Assembly: GCA_001938485.1 (NCBI GenBank)
Contig: MQRK01243661.1
Location: 62,001-115,348 of the forward strand
DNA: 53,348 bases
From: Girardia tigrina
Lineage: Eukaryota
Reading direction: 5' to 3'
The notes beneath the pieces were generated by a model, which was not told the origin of the DNA, did not search any database, and saw only the letters and a list, made by a program, of their open reading frames with translations. Position 1 is the first letter of the stretch; each line of letters begins with the position of its first letter. Of this stretch, positions 49,214 through 53,348 are shown in pieces. The translations under genes and the position numbers were made by a program.

Positions 49214-50852
49214 TAGCACTGTTCAAATAATTTACAAGCACAATGTAATTATTTAAACAAATTTAAAAATGGACGAATTAAAAATAATTTATTTAAAATA
49301 ATAGTTTAATCTCAACTAATAAATTAAATTTTATGAAATCTCATCTCTATGAAAATGATTTTTTTCTGTTTAATATAAAAATGTTTGTATTAAATTTTAA
49401 ATTTAATTGTATCATAAAACTTATTGTCAATAAAAAAACTTCTATGTAATTTATGCATCTTTACTTAAGTGATTTTGTGAAATTAAAATTATAAAATTTT
49501 CTTTAAAATTTTCAAATAATAATATTGTTGATATATATGTATATTTCTTGTATATCTATATAAAACAAACAAATAAGTATTTAATCCTTCGTATATTTAC
49601 ATCTACAATTGTCCATGGCTTGTAAACAATGTTACATTTGGATGCGGTATCAATTTTTGTAGTTTTGCATTTATTACATCATCTGTGATGTACAAATGTT
49701 TTGTTTTAATATTAACCGAATTCAGAGCACAATACACAGATCTTTGAGAATCCATTTACCAGATCATAAAAGATTCCTATATCAACCCATTGTGAGTGAC
49801 TCAAAACCGCATGCCCTCCTAACACCTAAGGATTCTTCAACAACATTATCAACTGACGGTAATGACAAGCCACAATCATTTTTACAGTCTTCATCCGACA
49901 GCTTCCCACCGGCATCCAGAAACACTTGATCAGTGACAGAACAATGCTCCTACGGAAATTGGTCTTATTGATCTATGAAATTCCTGATGTACAGCAACCA
50001 AGTTCTATTTACACCTCTGAAGTCCAACCCACAGCCGAAAATTTCCATATCAAGTATCTCAAGAAGGAAATGAACTCCCTTTGAAAGGAGTTTGATGCAT
50101 TCATTGAATCACAACGTAATTTCTATTTTTTATCATCTAATGTCTTATGCAGTCCCTCGGTTTCCCAAGAGACTAACGAGTGGTTGCAGAAACATGGCAT
50201 TAATTTAAAGTTGCTGCTGTTCGTGCAGAGCACTTTTAAAATTTAATATTTGATTGCTCATCTTTAATAATTTTAAAATTGTTAAAAAATGTTAGATCAT
50301 AAAATACAAAATCGCTAAGTCGTTTTTCAAAAATTTAAATAAAATTTATTTTGCAAAGGATAATTAAATTTAATAATTTGGCCAAACAAAAAAATCAGAA
50401 TGATCAGAAAATTGTTTTTTTTAGTCACAACTTAAATAAATTTTAGTCTTCAAAACCAATTAAAATTCATACAATTTATCTCAAAATAATTTGCCGATTC
50501 AGACACACAAAAACCGTTTTAATAGAAAATAAATTAACAGCTGCTCCTTGACTATATAAAGAAATGAACGACTGAAAATTGAACAAGCGTGAAAGAAAAG
50601 TACGGAGAAAAAATATATAATTGTATATATATATATGTATTTCATTAATATATTCTTATATACCTAAAATCACCTTGGTGTAAGCGAAATATCGTTTCCT
50701 CATCTACCCAATTTATAAATTATATCATATAAGGATAAGAATCTTTTCAAACAAAATCAGTTTTAAATATTTTGATTATTAATAAAAACTATTTTAAAGA
50801 ACTTCTTAATCTTTTAATTTTCGTGTTATTTTATAAATCACATAGATACGCG

Positions 50853-50856
<4 letters not shown>

Positions 50857-50901
<45 letters not shown>
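50857..50901. repeat. (TA)n microsatellite
   Basis: Read directly. Confidence 0.95.
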
Positions 50902-50905
<4 letters not shown>

Positions 50906-51819
50906 ATTTAAGTTAAATTCCGAAACATCCTCCAGCCTTAACCAATCTCTAGGGTCAAACCAATCTGGTTTTGATTAAAAATTTCTATAAATGTTTAAAA
51001 TTAAAAAATGTTTCTATTTTTGAATTTGTGAAATATATCATTAAATTATTATTTGACGAATATGAAAACATGAAATAGAGTTGAGTCTGATTAGTGTGAC
51101 ATTGCCGAGATGTGATGTTGATGTCACATTAACCGAACTGTCATATTAATCGGATCATACTGAAAACTTTGTGATGTATAATTTACAGCACATGTTTAAT
51201 TCTGGCTGATAGGATATCACTTTAAAATTCTCATTAACCTCTAATTTATTTCAAAAGTATTCGATATGTTTTTATTTGGCGTGATAATTAATATGTGTAA
51301 AAATTGTATTTTATAATTAAGAGAAATACAGTGGTCTGACAGATTTTCCTATGACAAAGATACGCTTGTTAGATCCCCTGGCATTGGTGAGAAAGACTAA
51401 AGCAAACCGTTCTTTTGTCGTTTTACTAACAGTTGTTTTTTGAAGCTTCAAATCAGATATTGTTTCCTTTAGTCTTAATATTGGCCACAGCAGATCAGAC
51501 GATGCAAACTGGTCAGCAAATCTGCTGTTGAGTAAGAAATCTAGATTCTAGTAGATTCAAGCTTGTTAGGGTTTCGAAAAATTCATATAAACACTTTTAA
51601 CAAAATTTTATGCAGAAAAAATTTAAAACATTTTTTTGGTAAAATTATTAATTTCAAACAAAATAATATTTAGTTTAACAAATTTTGGAATTGAAAACTA
51701 AAAATATTTTAGTGTTTGTTTTATTTGATCAATTTTCAAGGCTGATTGTTTGTTTTAATTGATCCATTTTAAAGGCTGATGAAAACCACTATATAATCAA
51801 CAAATTTAGTTTAGTCTGC

Positions 51820-52238
51820 TGTCACGACCCTTTTGTTTAAAACATTTTTGAAGACTCTGAGCCCCCAGTGACTATTACGGGTCAGTCACAACCCACTTAC
51901 CAAATTATGTTATTCTCTAACTTAACTCCTTTTCTACTCTGGGTCGGACGTCTCTCCTCGCTCAACATCTGTCTAACAGTGAAGAGTCTGGAGGACCTTC
52001 GGGTTCCAGTAAAGATAGGACGGGCGATGGGCCCCCCACCTAGCGGAGCGTCGATCGGGGATGATTATAATTATCTTTTAAACTTTCATTAACGTGTGTG
52101 GTATGTCAGGTTAACTTAGGGCAATGTTATATCTGCATGTGACTTAGTGCGCTTGGCTGTTGTGTTTATATTGACTTGTGGCAATGTGTGTGACTTATCT
52201 GAAGTTGAATCGACTAATTAGGACGCCCCTGGTTGTCA
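51820..52238. mobile_element. Possible solo LTR remnant
   Basis: GC-richer block starting TGTCACGACC and ending GGTTGTCA; no TSD found. Confidence 0.3.
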
Positions 52239-52924
52239 GAAAACGCTTCTTAACTACGTGATTTTAACAAGGTATTATTCAATTAGCAGAATGTGGGAAC
52301 GTGATTCAGACGCCAACAGCAGTTCTACCTTTCTAATTTTTAAACGGATTCTCGAAATTTATTTATTACGCTTTTAGTCGTCATTTGATTGCTTGGAACA
52401 AAACTTTTCCTGAATAAAATTAAAATCGTATTTTATTTCGTCATTAATATTGTTCTACTATGATCGATAGTTTAACCTCATCATGTTAAATGCGATAATT
52501 CGTAGAGAATCTAAAACGATAGTTCTTAAATTAATTTATCATCTTTAAAATCGTAATCGAATTCCGCGAAAATCTTTCTAAATTATCCTTACTCGTAGTT
52601 AATTAATCGGTTAACAGTTTTATCAAATACTAATAGATTTTGAGTTTTGTCGTTTGAATTTATTTAAATAACTCTCCTAATTCAGTTCACAAGTCCTCGA
52701 TCTCATTATAATTTCAATTTTAGCGTAATATAACTCTTGGTTCAAAATTAGTTTAATAAAAATACGTTTATAAAAATAACCGATAATAAATAAATAAATT
52801 AAAATTATTAAAATCAATCCGCACAAAATTCAATTAAATAAATTTATTATAACTGATTAAAATTTCTTTTGTTTAAACATATTAATAAAGTGTCCCGCTA
52901 CACGGTTAATTCAAATAAATAATC

Positions 52925-53180
52925 AACAATGGTCATAAATCGAGACGGATCTACGACCGTTCCGCCCAGTAACGCTGTGCCCGCGGGTATAACATATCAA
53001 CCCACGTCTCGACGTGGTGGCCGTTGGCGAACGTAGCGACGTCGATCGATCGAACGTCGACAATGAGGAGCGGCCGTTCCTCGTCGGCTTCGAGCGACGG
53101 ATTCCAATTCCCTTCCGACGCTGCTTCACGGGGCATCGATACTTTCGAGGCGAAGGCGACGGCGACGGTGGTCCCACCCT
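52925..53180 (-). pseudogene. Decayed cytochrome P450-like fragment
   Basis: Across shifting frames: GGTTVAVAF (I-helix-like) after a tttag acceptor, ELESV / EADEERPLLIVDVRSID, YVIPAGT, DPSRF (PERF-like). No ExxR or heme Cys visible. Confidence 0.4.
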
Positions 53181-53348
53181 AAACTAAAGGGCGAGCGTGT
53201 GGATGCTTATTCGTCGAGCAAATACTCAGAGGTTAATTATAAACAATAGTAAAAAAAAATAAAAATAAAACAATAATTAATAGGTATTTATTAATAATGA
53301 ATGAATTAACAGTAAAGTAAAATTACATTTCGATATTTACTTGGTCCC

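Noticed and set aside
49696-50230. Exon-like or Helitron-like block (RIHLPDHK)
   Set aside because: No consistent frame or recognisable motif set.
52951-53136. GH31 glycosidase-like VDMLYPRAQRYWAE
   Set aside because: An overlapping frame fits P450 motifs better; the match is too short.

Overview
This is AT-rich eukaryotic (metazoan-type) genomic DNA with GT-AG introns and four N-gaps, not a prokaryotic window. Two host genes can be rebuilt by hand. The first is the last two coding exons of a classical protein tyrosine phosphatase most like PTPN9/MEG2 (+, 2655-2868 and 7952-8304). The second is an apparently complete 10-exon EDRF1-like gene (-, 49213 to 31561, 3318 nt, 1105 aa). Most of the rest is decayed transposable elements: an RTE LINE, a Penelope-like element, two Ty3/Gypsy remnants (one followed by a possible env-like ORF), three hAT lineages, several mariners, pogo/Tigger, ITm DD37E, MULE and many non-autonomous inverted-repeat elements, often nested. 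There are also decayed host-gene fragments (sedoheptulokinase-like, P450-like, and an unidentified GC-rich island). The oddest object is a 438-nt GC-richer, highly base-paired non-coding insert (23434-23871) that splits the Penelope GIY-YIG domain between 10-bp direct repeats. All homology calls rest on motif recognition by eye; no searches were run.
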